From NCBI RefSeq assembly GCF_009914755.1, contig NC_060927.1: a stretch of 64,000 nucleotides of DNA, one strand, 5' to 3'. Below are positions 1 through 10,899 of this stretch, piece after piece (positions within the stretch are counted from its first letter, which is position 1; each line of letters begins with the position of its first letter). The notes beneath the pieces were generated by a model. The model did no database searches. It was not told the origin of the DNA and saw only the letters and a program-made list of their open reading frames with translations. Origin of the DNA: the human T2T-CHM13v2.0 reference genome, Homo sapiens. Both the position numbers and the translations under genes were made by a program.

Positions 1-123
1 CCAGGAAATCTTGTTGAAATGCAGTTTCTTGTTCACATTCTGCATTTCCACTAAGTTCTCAGGTGATGCAGATGCTGCTCCTCCAAGGGAATGAGAAATA
101 TACTTCATTTTCCTTTTTCTTAG

Positions 124-270
124 ATCAGTGGTTTTCAAACTTGTTAGAAAAATGCAAACTCTTGGGCCCAACCCAGACCTACTGAATCTTGGAGTGGGAT
201 CCAATAATCCACATATTACCAAGTCCTACAGGTGATTGTGATGCTTGCTCAAGTTTCAGAACCACTGAGT
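124..270. mobile_element. MER5A-type hAT-Charlie DNA transposon fossil
   Basis: Terminal inverted repeats CAGTGGTTTTCAAACT ... AGTTTCAGAACCACTG and the typical 'cccagacctactgaatc' core. Confidence 0.8.
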
Positions 271-323
271 CTAGACCTATAGCTCCCAAAACCTGGCTAC
301 ACATTAGAATCACTTGGAGAGCT

Positions 324-781
324 CATGGGTTAAGTCGTGTTCTGCAAAAAGATGTGTTGAAGTCCAAATCCCTGATACCTATGAATGTGACCTTATTTGA
401 AAATAGAGATTTTGTAGATCTAATCAGTTTAAGATGAGGTCATACTGGGTAAGGATGAGCCCCATAGCCAATGACTGGTGTCCTTTTAAGAAGAGTGAGA
501 TTGGAGGCACGTAGACACAGGGAAGAATGCCACATGACAAAAAGGCAAAAATTGGAACAGTGCAGCTATAGGCCAGATAATTCCAAGGATTGCTGGCAAC
601 CACCAGAAGCTAAAAAAGAAGCATGAAACAGATTATTTTCTACAGCATTCAGAGGGAACATGTTCCTACCAAAACCTTGATTTCAGAATTCTCACCTCCA
701 GAACTGTAAAAGAATAAATGTCTGCAGTTTAAACCACCACGTTTGTGGTACTTTGTCATGGTAGTCCAGGAAACTAATACA
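324..781 (+). mobile_element. MLT1C-like MaLR solo LTR
   Basis: 'gaatgtgaccttatttgaaaatag...aagatgaggtcatactgg' and end 'ggaaactaataca'; 5-bp TSD GAGCT at 319-323 and 782-786. Confidence 0.85.
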
Positions 782-789
782 GAGCTTTG

Positions 790-813
790 AAAAAAAAAAA
801 AAAAAAAAAAAAA

Positions 814-849
<36 letters not shown>

Positions 850-861
850 ACACACCCACAC
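790..861. repeat. (A)n followed by a (CA)n microsatellite
   Basis: Directly visible. Confidence 0.95.
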
Positions 862-1094
862 AATGCCTCCTCACCAAACAATTAAATCAGAATCTCTGGG
901 GGAGGGATCTCTACATGGGAATTTTAAAGTCTCCCTCAAGGTCAGGATTTAGATCCACAGCTCTGGATATTTTTAAACATAAATAGACTATACTTTATTT
1001 TCCAATAAGTCAAAAACACTACAAACAGTGGAATATCAGTGTAAAATTATCCATAAGTTTCATGAGCATCAAAATCAGTAATACAGATAAGAAG

Positions 1095-1662
1095 TATACT
1101 GTCAGTATTTCTCAGAGTTTAGTTAGAAAAACACTGGTATTAGAATCACCTGCAGTCCACTAATAAAGTGGGTTGCTGGGGTCCATCTCAAACCTAATGA
1201 CCAGAATCTCATGGGCTGAGGCCTGAGTAAGCACAAGTTATCAAGCTCCCTTAAGGTGACCCTTATGCATACTAAAGTTTGAAAGCCAACTGTATAGGGA
1301 TGATCTAGCAGGTTTGAGCCACTGGGGAGGGTCTTTCTGAAGATGAGAAAACTGAATGAATGTAGGGAGAGAACACACCTGAGCAATGGCAGCAGTAGAA
1401 ACTGTTGAGAAACGGCGGCTGGGGCAAAGGGGGCTCCTTTCTGGAAGCTGGTGGATGTCAGGCAGGGCTTGTGAGAGAGTATAGAGAACTCTGAAAGCCA
1501 GAGTGACAAAATACAACTGAAGAAACAGCATCAGCATTGTCTGGGAGTTTAGTAGAAATCCAGAATCCTGGGTCTTCCATAGCTCTACTGAATCAGACAC
1601 TGGGTTTTATCAAGATCCCCAGGTGATTTGAGTGTACATTAAAATTTGAGAAGCACTGCTCC
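1095..1662. mobile_element. Two MER5A/MER5B-type fragments (~1095-1292 and ~1498-1662)
   Basis: 'tattagaatcacctg', 'ctactgaatcagacac', 'aagatccccaggtgatt...tttgagaagcactg' motifs. Confidence 0.65.
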
Positions 1663-1774
1663 AGTAGCAGTAAGAAACCTGCAGGAAGTTCCTGAGCGAC
1701 AAAGTGATATGATAAAATTATGGAATGGCAAACTTAGCTCAGTGGGGATATTTTAGAGCAAAATGGAATGCTCA

Positions 1775-1984
1775 CAGTGCTTTCCAGCAAAAATTTCTGT
1801 AATGATGGAACTGTCCTACATCTGTGCTGTTCAGTACAGTAGCTGCCAACCACATGTGGCTATTGAGCACTTGTGATGTCGCTAGTGTGATGGAGAAATG
1901 AAACGTTTTATTTTATCTTAATTAAGTTAAAATGACATTTAACTAGTCACATGTGGTTAGTGGTTACTGTATTGGACAGCACAG
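1775..1984. mobile_element. MER3 hAT-Charlie fossil
   Basis: 'tttctgtaatgatggaa...ccacatgtggctattgagcactt...cacatgtggttagtggttactgtattggacagcacag'. Confidence 0.85.
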
Positions 1985-2971
1985 ACTCAGAGGCTACAGA
2001 CATAAAGACTGTGGTGGTCAGAGGGTGCTCCAATCGCACCTGTGGGGATGACATTGTTGCATGCTATCAAATGTTACTTCTCACACCATTATTTTTACGT
2101 GTGCCCAGAAAAGCATAGGCAATCCAATTTTCTGCTGAATGAATAAATGAACACATGAATTAATGATTGTTTACTTTTGCCTCCAATCAACTTTCAATTA
2201 TAAAGGATCGAATTATCCTGTCTAGTGCTTATGTAGTGGCTTGTGCTTATTGCTGATTTTTCTTTCATTTCCATTTTTGTTATTTGCATTGCCTGTCTTG
2301 TCAATAATATCACTTTCCGAAAGGTCAATAGAGACAAACACAAACTGAAAGGGATCTAATTGGTAAAGAAAAGAGACACCATTATTTACCTGAAATTTTT
2401 GTTTGGGTTTGTTCAGTCAATTTCAAATGTCTGGTGCTCCCCAAAGTCATTGTCTTTTTCCTTCACGAATAATTTATTTAGGGACAGAGTGACAGAAAAG
2501 ATGTGAGTGACATGCCCTTGATTATTATTAGTGGTGTTTGTGTCGCATCCAATACAGGATTGAGAATGGAAGAACACATGGCTGTGAGCCCCAGCAGGCT
2601 ATACATCTTGCTCTGTCTTTAACCAACTCTGTTTACCTCCCTCTTAATCCATGACCTTAATCCATGCCTCTCACCTACTCCATGCTCTGGAAATCAAAAC
2701 ACATCTCTGAGCCTCTTTGAAGCTTTATATGTACTTCGTATTCAAATTCTACCTCTTACAACTCTGGGACACCTGAGCTTATTCTCTGAGTGCTTCTTTC
2801 TCTTTTTACTTTCCACGTCTTATGTCTTCCTTCTTCATTATTAGTCATCAGTTTACTGACTCCTTTCTTCTTGAACCCTCTCCCCAGTTTTTATTAGCGT
2901 GGAGAGACATTCTCACTTTCTAGGCAGGCTCTGGCCAGGTGCGAAGACTTTAAGAGTAAGATCAGATGGAA

Positions 2972-3283
2972 TTTTTTTTTGGTTTTTTTTTGTTTTTTTT
3001 TTTTTTTTTTGAGACGGAGTCTTGCTCTGTCGCCCAGGTTCACTGCGATCTCAGCTCGCTGCAAGTTCCACCTCCCCGGTTCACGCCATTTTCCTGCCTC
3101 AGCCTCGCGAGTAGCTGGGACTACAGGCGCCCGCCACCAAGCCCAGCTAATTTTTTGTGTTTTTAATAGAGACAGGGTTTCACCATGTTAGCTAGGATGG
3201 TCTCGATCTCCTGACCTCATGATCCGCCCACCTCGGCCTCCCAAAGTGCTGGGATTACAGGCTTGAGCCACCGTGCCTGGCCC
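2972..3283 (-). mobile_element. AluY with a small internal rearrangement
   Basis: Poly-T, then 'gagacggagtcttgctctgtcgcccagg...ttcacgccatt...ggatggtctcgatctcctgacc'; imperfect TSD agaNNgaattttt. Confidence 0.9.
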
Positions 3284-3369
3284 AGACAGAATTTTTTCTG
3301 AAGCATCAGCATAATTAGATAGATCCCTGACGTTGCTATTTTAATTTTATTTTCCTGATACCTCAGTTC

Positions 3370-3492
3370 TTTTTGTAGAGATGGGGTCTCATTATGTTTC
3401 CAGGCTAGTCTCAAATTCCTGGCCTCAAGTGACCCTCCTGCCTCGGCCTCCCAAAGGCTGGGATTACAGGCATAAACCTCCATGCCCAACCA
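3370..3492 (-). mobile_element. FLAM/AluJ monomer
   Basis: 'tagagatggggtctc...ggcctcaagtga...gggattacagg'; flanking direct repeat tgaNgttgctattttt. Confidence 0.85.
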
Positions 3493-3539
3493 TGAAGTTG
3501 CTATTTTTAAAGATATTTAATTGAAAACACAGTTTTAAT

Positions 3540-4140
3540 AAATGTATTTATTCAAAAAGAGTTATTCATCATCAAAACACAGCCTCTGCTTGCAAGGAAC
3601 CCAAAATCTGCTAGGAAGAGAAAGAATAAAAATAAATAACTTTAGTACAGTATTATTCTTTCAAAATAGAATGATTTGGGCACAAAATCATTCAGAAAGA
3701 GCAGGGAAAACTTCATCAAAAAGATAACTTTTGACCAGGGTCTTAAAAGGTAAGTAAACATTCTCCAGGTAGATGGGAGTGAGGCATGATAAAAGTGTGT
3801 TGTTATCTGAGAAATTCAATTCCACATGGCTAGAACAAAGGGTATGAGAAACTATCCTTAACTGCGAAATCTGTAGGCAGCAGATAGCTAATAGAATACC
3901 TTAAACATGGTGCTAAGGAATTGTGACTTTATCCAATTGGTGATGAGGAACCAGAGAAGAGTTTCAATGAAGATTAATAATTAGATCTTTATGTGTAAAT
4001 ATAGATATGGAGAGGATAATACTGGAGTCAAGAAGATAAGTTAATATGTTGTTACAACAGTCTGGATAAGAGGTGATGAGGTCTAAAATTGAGAATAGAG
4101 CAATGGGAATGTAGAAAGAAATCTGAGATAATTTAGGGGT
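3540..4140 (-). mobile_element. L2 fragment (donor of the inverted copy at 9598-9930)
   Basis: Degenerate L2 antisense motifs 'tgctaaggaattgtgactttatcc', 'ggataagaggtgatgaggtctaaa'. Confidence 0.6.
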
Positions 4141-4980
4141 GATAAAATTGAGTAAATTTCAAATGAGCTTTCCTTTTCTTAAAAAGTAATTTTCTAACAA
4201 ATTGCTGCGCTGGCAACACAGAGCTGGAGATCAGATAGGGCGGGATGACTTTGGACTTTGAAATCAGAGAAGCCTGGACTTGAGACCCAAATCCATCACC
4301 TCCAAGGTGAGTGACTCACAGCCAGATACTTTACTTAACTCACCCCTTAGTGAACTGGAGGTAATTCCTGCCTTGCAAGATTATTGGATTACTTAAATAA
4401 AGTATAAAAAATGCCTAGCACACGTGGGCAGCCAATTAACATTAGCTACCTTTCTGCCCTCTTTTCCAACTTTAAAATACATGACAGTAAATCCTTTAAT
4501 ATAAAAAAAAAAGACTTTTTTTAAATTGGCAGACTGGGAGTCTACAATATACATTTTAAAATAAGCAATCACTTTATTTTCTGACAGGATTAGGCCTAGT
4601 GTACCACTCTAATAAATTTTTCAAGTAACAGATATGTTAAATGCAACAGAACTGTAGTGTGTCTGGAGTTGACGTATTCTGATCAATGTACTTATTGTTT
4701 AAGACATCAGATTCAATAAAGCATTCCAATGCCACTCCCATTGCTGACTGAGTTTCTGATAGTAACTGAAAATCTCCAAAGCGGATATAATTATTTCTAG
4801 GCAAATGCTGTGCAGAAAGTTGTTCTCCCACTTCTGAGAATCTTTCAGAAACAATTTTAATTGGGATGTTCAGAGAGTCTAGGGAAATAATAATAATTTT
4901 GAATCAAATCTGCCCCTTTATGTAAGATAAGCAATTATCAAATACATTAATAGACAGAGACAACCAAAAAGAAAGATGTA

Positions 4981-5258
4981 GGCTGGGTGTGGTGGCTCAA
5001 GCCTGTAATCCCAACATTTTGGGAGGCTGAGGCGGGCGGATCACCTGAGGTCTGGAGTTTGAGACCAGCCTGACCAACATGGAGAAACCCCGTCTCTACT
5101 AAAAATACAAAATTAGCTGGGCTTGGTGGTGCATGCCTGTAATCCCAGCTACTCGTTAGGCTGAGGCAGGAGAATCGCTTGAACCCAGGAGGTGGAGGTT
5201 GTGGTTAGCTGAGATCGTGCCATTGCACTCCAGCTGAGGCAACAAGAGTGAAACTCAG
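4981..5258 (+). mobile_element. AluSp/Sq
   Basis: Full dimer with 'ggagaaaccccgtctc' and 'caacaagagtgaaactc'. Confidence 0.9.
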
Positions 5259-5507
5259 GAAGGAAGGAAGGAAGGAAGGAAGGAACGAACGAATGGAGGG
5301 AGGGGAGAAAGGGAGAGAGAGAGAGAGAAAGAGAGAGGGAGAGAGGAAGAAAGAGAGAAAAAGAAAGAAAGAAGAGAAAGAAAGGAAAGGGAAGAAAGAA
5401 AAAGAAAGAGAAAGAAAGAAGAAAGAAAGAAGAAAGGAAAGAAAGAAAGAGAGAGAGAGAAAGAAAGAGGGAGGGAGGGAAGGAAGGAAGGAAGGAAAGA
5501 AAGAGGT
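5258..5507. repeat. GA-rich polypurine low-complexity tract (GGAA/GAAA/GA)
   Basis: About 250 bp almost entirely A/G, replacing the Alu tail. Confidence 0.95.
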
Positions 5508-5509
5508 AG

Positions 5510-6241
<732 letters not shown>

Positions 6242-6951
6242 CTAATAGAAAGATTTTGTTTTCATAATGTTTGTTTAAGTTTTGTACTGTGAAAAATAGA
6301 GATATCTCTTGAAAGTTAAAACGTAATTCCGTAACTAAATTTTCAGAAAAAAAACAAAGACTAAAACAACAACAAACAAAAATCTATCAGAATTTTATAT
6401 TTTAATGCACTTACTTATCAGAATCTTATCTTTTAATACAAAAATTCACTTGCAAAACAATAAAAATAAGAAAGTTTGGCCTTCAAAGAGACCACTGACA
6501 CGTAATCAGAAATTGCCAAACTACATCCAAAGTTTTGCCAAAGACTATAACCTATAGGAATTTTTTAATCATGACTCTAACATTTTTTTATTAACCACTC
6601 AGTGCCTGGTACTCTGATGATTACTATAAATGCATTATCATTTATAATTCATAAATCCCATAAGGTTGGGGCTTTGTTTTAGGAGGGAACACTGAGCCTT
6701 AGTGTTTAAATAACTTACTTAAACTTACTTGAACCTTAGACAGTTTAAATAACTTACTTAAACTTACACAGCTAAAAATGAGTTTACATGACTCCTACAG
6801 CTAGAAAGGCATTTAAGTAATTGGCTCAAACATACACAGCATTTGAACCCATGGCTATCCAGCTTGAAATTCCTGCTGTTTTGTATTACACTGGGTAGTC
6901 TTTGAAAGCCTCAGTATTATCACCCACAGAAGGGGAATGAGGCCTATTTCT

Positions 6952-7270
6952 AGGTGTATTCTTCAGGATTCCAACAGGAAATACGTACACTCAAACTAGG
7001 CAATTGGAGATTCTAATAAAGGAACTATTTATCAGAGTGTGAGCAGGCATATGGGAAAAGGAACAGAACCCTGTGCTACCAATAAGGAAGAGCCCTTCTA
7101 CCCTTGACCTTAAAGGGAAAGGAAAGGAAAAAGATTACTGGAAATAGAAAGATAATTGTAAAGAGTATTTCTGGCCAGGAGCTGAAACATTCCATAGGAA
7201 AAAAACAGCTGGAAGGATTGATATTACCATCACTCCCCTCTCAACCTGTGATCCTCTGTGATTGCCTCAT
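6952..7270 (-). mobile_element. ERVL LTR fragment, LTR41-like
   Basis: 'caggattccaacaggaaa...acactcaaactagg...taataaaggaactattt' resembles recalled LTR41 consensus. Confidence 0.5.
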
Positions 7271-7292
7271 GCCCATTAAAAAGTAGATGAAC

Positions 7293-7597
7293 GGCCAGGC
7301 GCAGTGGCTCACGCTTGTAATCCCAGCATTTGGGAGGCCTAGGAGGGCGGATCACAAAGTCAGGAGTTTGAGACCAACCTGACCAACATGGTGAAACCCC
7401 GTCTTTACTAAAAATACAAAAATTAGCCGGGTGTGGTGGCGCGTGCCTGTAATCCCAGCTACTCAGTAGCCTGAGGCAGGAGAATCACTTGAACCAGGGC
7501 GGCAGAGCTTGCAGTGAGCAGAGATCATGCCACTGCACTCCAGCCTGGATGACAGAGCAAGACTCTGTCTCAAAAAAAAAAAAAAAAAAAAAAAAAA
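7293..7597 (+). mobile_element. AluS (Sg-like)
   Basis: Full dimer with long A tail; TSD aaaaagtRgatga. Confidence 0.92.
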
Positions 7598-7670
7598 GTG
7601 GATGAGTAGATGGACATTTTTCAAGTAAGACATGCAAGCTGCCAACAACTACATGAAAAAATACTCAACT

Positions 7671-8065
7671 GAGGTGATTGATCAGTTGAGTATGAGGTGA
7701 TTTCTCAGTTGAGTATGAGGTGATTTTTCAGTTGAGTATGAGGTGATTTCTGGTTGAGAATGAGGTGATCTCTCAGTTGAGTATGAGGTGATCTCTCAGT
7801 TGAGAATGAGGTGATCTCTCAGTTGAGAATGAGGTGATCTCTCAGTTGAGTATGAGGTGATCTCTGAGTTGAGTATGAGGTGATTTCTCAGTTGAGAATG
7901 AGGTGATTTCTCAGTTGAGAATGAGGTGATTTCTCAGTTGAGTATGAGGTGATTTCTCAGTTGAGTATGAGGTGATTTCTCAGTTGAGTATGAGGTGATT
8001 TCTCAGTTGAGTATGAGATGATTTCTCAGTTGAGTATAGGTGATTTCTCAGTTGAGGTGATTTCT
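7671..8065. repeat. 23-bp minisatellite, consensus GAGGTGATTTCTCAGTTGAGTAT, ~17 copies plus partial units
   Basis: Unit starts counted at 7671, 7694, 7717, 7740, 7762, 7785 ... 7992, 8015, 8038; variants at ATTT/ATCT and GTAT/GAAT. Confidence 0.97.
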
Positions 8066-8128
8066 GAAGTGATTTCTCATGTTGAATTGCAAATTCAAAG
8101 GAGCAGCTTCAATCAAAAGGCGGGGCTT
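8066..8128 (+). pseudogene. MT-TC: NUMT copy of mitochondrial tRNA-Cys, 5'-truncated
   Basis: 'gtgatttctcatgttgaattgcaaattcaaaggagcagcttcaa...cggggctt' matches mt-tRNA-Cys; GCA anticodon in the gaat-tgca-aattc arm. Confidence 0.88.
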
Positions 8129-8161
8129 CTCCCGCCTTTCTCCCCGCATCAGTGGGAGAAG
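8126..8161. other. NUMT copy of the mitochondrial light-strand replication origin (OL) stem-loop
   Basis: Stem CTTCTCCCGC (8126-8135) / GTGGGAGAAG (8152-8161), one mismatch, lying between the Cys and Asn tRNAs as in the WANCY cluster. Confidence 0.88.
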
Positions 8162-8234
8162 TAGATTGAAGCCAGTTGATTAGGATGTTTAGCTGTTAAC
8201 TAAATTTTCATGGATTTGAATTCCACCAATCTAG
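8162..8234 (+). pseudogene. MT-TN: NUMT copy of mitochondrial tRNA-Asn, full length (73 bp)
   Basis: TAGATTGAAGCCAGTTGATTAGG...TTAGCTGTTAACTAA (GTT anticodon)...CAATCTAG; acceptor stem TAGATTG/CAATCTA intact. Confidence 0.93.
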
Positions 8235-8500
8235 CAAAAATAAAGATGCCAATTAAAACCACAATGAGATACTATCTTAGTGTGGTCAGAATGGCTATTA
8301 CTAAGAAGAAAAAAACAACAAATATTGGTGGGAATAAAGAGGAAAGGGAACACTTATACACTGTTAGTGGGGGTGTAAATTAGTATAATCTCTATGGAAA
8401 ACAGTATGGAGATTTCTCAAAGAACTAAAAATAAAATTCTCCTTCAGTATAACAATCCCACTACTGGATATCTACCCAAAGGAAAAGAAGTCACTATATA

Positions 8501-8810
<310 letters not shown>

Positions 8811-8935
8811 GAAGTCACTATATAAAAAAAGACACCTGCACTCATATATTTATCGCAGCAGTATTCACAATAGTAAAGTCATGGAATTAACCTGTGTCCA
8901 TCAAAAGATAATTGGATTTTAAAATGTAGTGTGTG

Positions 8936-8937
<2 letters not shown>

Positions 8938-8969
<32 letters not shown>

Positions 8970-8972
8970 ACA
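8938..8972. repeat. (CA)n microsatellite within L1
   Basis: Directly visible. Confidence 0.95.
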
Positions 8973-9368
8973 AAATACTACTCAGCCATAAAAAAGAATG
9001 AAATTATGTCTTTTGCAGCAACATAAGTGGAACTGGAGGCCATTATCCGTAGTGAAATGATTCAGGAACAGAAAATTAAAAACTTCATGTTCTCAATTAT
9101 AAGTAGAAGCTAAACAATGGGTACACAGGGTCATACAGAGTGGAAAAAAAGACACTGGTGACTTCAAATGGTGGGAGAATGGGAGGCAGGCTGAGGGATG
9201 AACCAACAACTATTGGGTGCAATGTATACTATTCAGGTGATAGGTACACTAAAAGCCCACATTTCACCACTACACAATATATCCATGTAACACAAATGCA
9301 CTTGTACCTCTAAATCTATAAAAATAAAAATTTTTTAATATAAATAAAAGACTTAACTGAGAAAAAAG

Positions 9369-10060
9369 AATTTCATTCCTTTTATAGCCCAATAATCTAT
9401 AATTCTCTGAATATATCACATTTTGTTTGTTTACTCATTAGTTGATAGACAGTTGGATCATTTTCATCTTTTGGTTATTCTGAACAGTACTGCTATAAAT
9501 ATTTTTGTACAAGTTTTTATTCGGGTACTCATTTTCAATTCTTTTGGGTTTATACCTAGAGTAGAATTCTTGGTTATACAAAATTGCGTGTGGTAGTCCT
9601 AAATTATCATATTTTTCTTTCTACATTCCCATTGCTCTATTCTCAATTTTAGACCTCATCATCTCTTACCCAGAGTGTTGTAACAAAGTAATTTATCTTC
9701 TTGACTCCAGTATTATCCTCTCCATATCTATACTTAAACATAAAGATCTAATTATTAATCCCCATTGCAACTCCTCTCTGGCTCCTCATCACCAATTGGA
9801 TAAAGTCACAATTCCTTAGCACCATGTTTAAGGTATTCTATTAGCTACCTGCTGCCTACAGATTTAGCAGTTAAGGGTAATTTCTCATACCCTTTGTTCC
9901 AGGCATGTGGAATTACTTGAATTACTTGAATTGTTGAGAAACTACCCAGTATTTTTTCCACAGTGAGTGTAGCATTTTACATTTCCACCAGCAATGTATG
10001 AGGGCTCCAATTTCTCTACATCTCTATCATGCTTGTTATTTTCATGTTTTTATTACTATT
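9369..10060 (-). mobile_element. Old L1M (MB/MC-like) fragment interrupted by an inverted local duplication
   Basis: 'tgctataaatatttttgtacaagtttt', 'tatacctagagtagaatt' [insert] 'cattttacatttccaccagcaatgtatgaggg'. Confidence 0.8.
9598..9930 (-). repeat. Inverted duplicate of ~3818-4137
   Basis: Reverse complement aligns across ~320 bp, with an exact 65-bp match of 3885-3949 to 9783-9847. Confidence 0.95.
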
Positions 10061-10351
10061 ATTATCCAGTTCACTTTTAAATAATGTTGTTGTTAATATT
10101 ATTAGACTAACACCCTGGTAAAGATTTATAAAACATTGGTCCTCTATTTACCTCAGTATTTTCCATATTGGTCTCTCTGTTAGCCTAGACACAGTCATTT
10201 GTCATGCCTCATATATACATTTGTTGAACAAATCACTAAATATTTTTGAGCATTTACTACGTGCCAGATTCTGACTAGGCACTAGGGATAGAGGAATGAA
10301 GAGGGCAGGATTACCCTCAAGTTACTTATCAAAGAATAGAAGAGACAGACA

Positions 10352-10853
10352 TTTATTAGTTTCCTGTCACTGCCATAGCAAATTACCATACAGTGGCTTA
10401 AAACAACATAAATTTATTATCTTAAAGTTCTCTAGGTTAGAAGTCCAACATAGGTCTCACTAGGCTAAAAATCAACATGGTGTCAGGGCCACTTTTGTTT
10501 CTGGAGACCTTGGGAAAGAATCTGTTTCCTTGTGTTTTCCAGTTTTGAAGGGACCTGCTTCCCCTGGCCAGTGGGCCCTTCCTTCATCTACAAAGCAAGC
10601 ATCATAGCCTCTCTCCAACTCGGCTTCTATTGTCACATCTTTCTCTTAACCACAGCCAAGAAAAACTCTCCCCTTGCAAGGATTCATGTGATGAATTTGA
10701 GACTATCTAGATAGTCCCCACATCTAATGGCCCTTAATTTAATCACGTCTACAAAGTCCTTTTTGCCATGTAATGGGATACATTCCAGTATATTCTGTAA
10801 CAGTTCCAGAGATTAAAGCACAGACATCTTTGGGGGTATTACTCTGCCTTGCA
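10352..10853 (-). mobile_element. MLT1D-like MaLR LTR
   Basis: 'tattagtttcct...gtggcttaaaacaaca...aatcacgtctacaaagtcctttttgccatgtaa...gacatctttggggg'. Confidence 0.85.
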
Positions 10854-10899
10854 TATACATGTAAATAAATAATAAAAACAGCCAACATTAAAAAAGAAA

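Larger units (their letters stand above)
281..967. mobile_element. MER5A-type fossil, split by an MLT1 LTR and an (A)n(CA)n tract
   Basis: 'acattagaatcacttggagagct' at 301-323 resumes after the LTR as 'gagctttgaaaa...aattaaatcagaatctctggg'. Confidence 0.65.

Noticed and set aside
2272-2289. SOX-OCT composite motif (also ATTTGCAT near 41482)
   Set aside because: An octamer is present, but the orientation or the SOX half-site does not fit the canonical composite; expected by chance in AT-rich DNA.
7671-8065. CRISPR-like array
   Set aside because: Units are head-to-tail with no unique spacers, there are no cas genes, and the context is primate nuclear DNA.
8162-8234. Functional nuclear tRNA-Asn gene
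   Set aside because: Mitochondrial-type sequence in WANCY order, lacking the canonical GTTCGA B-box; treated as a NUMT pseudogene.
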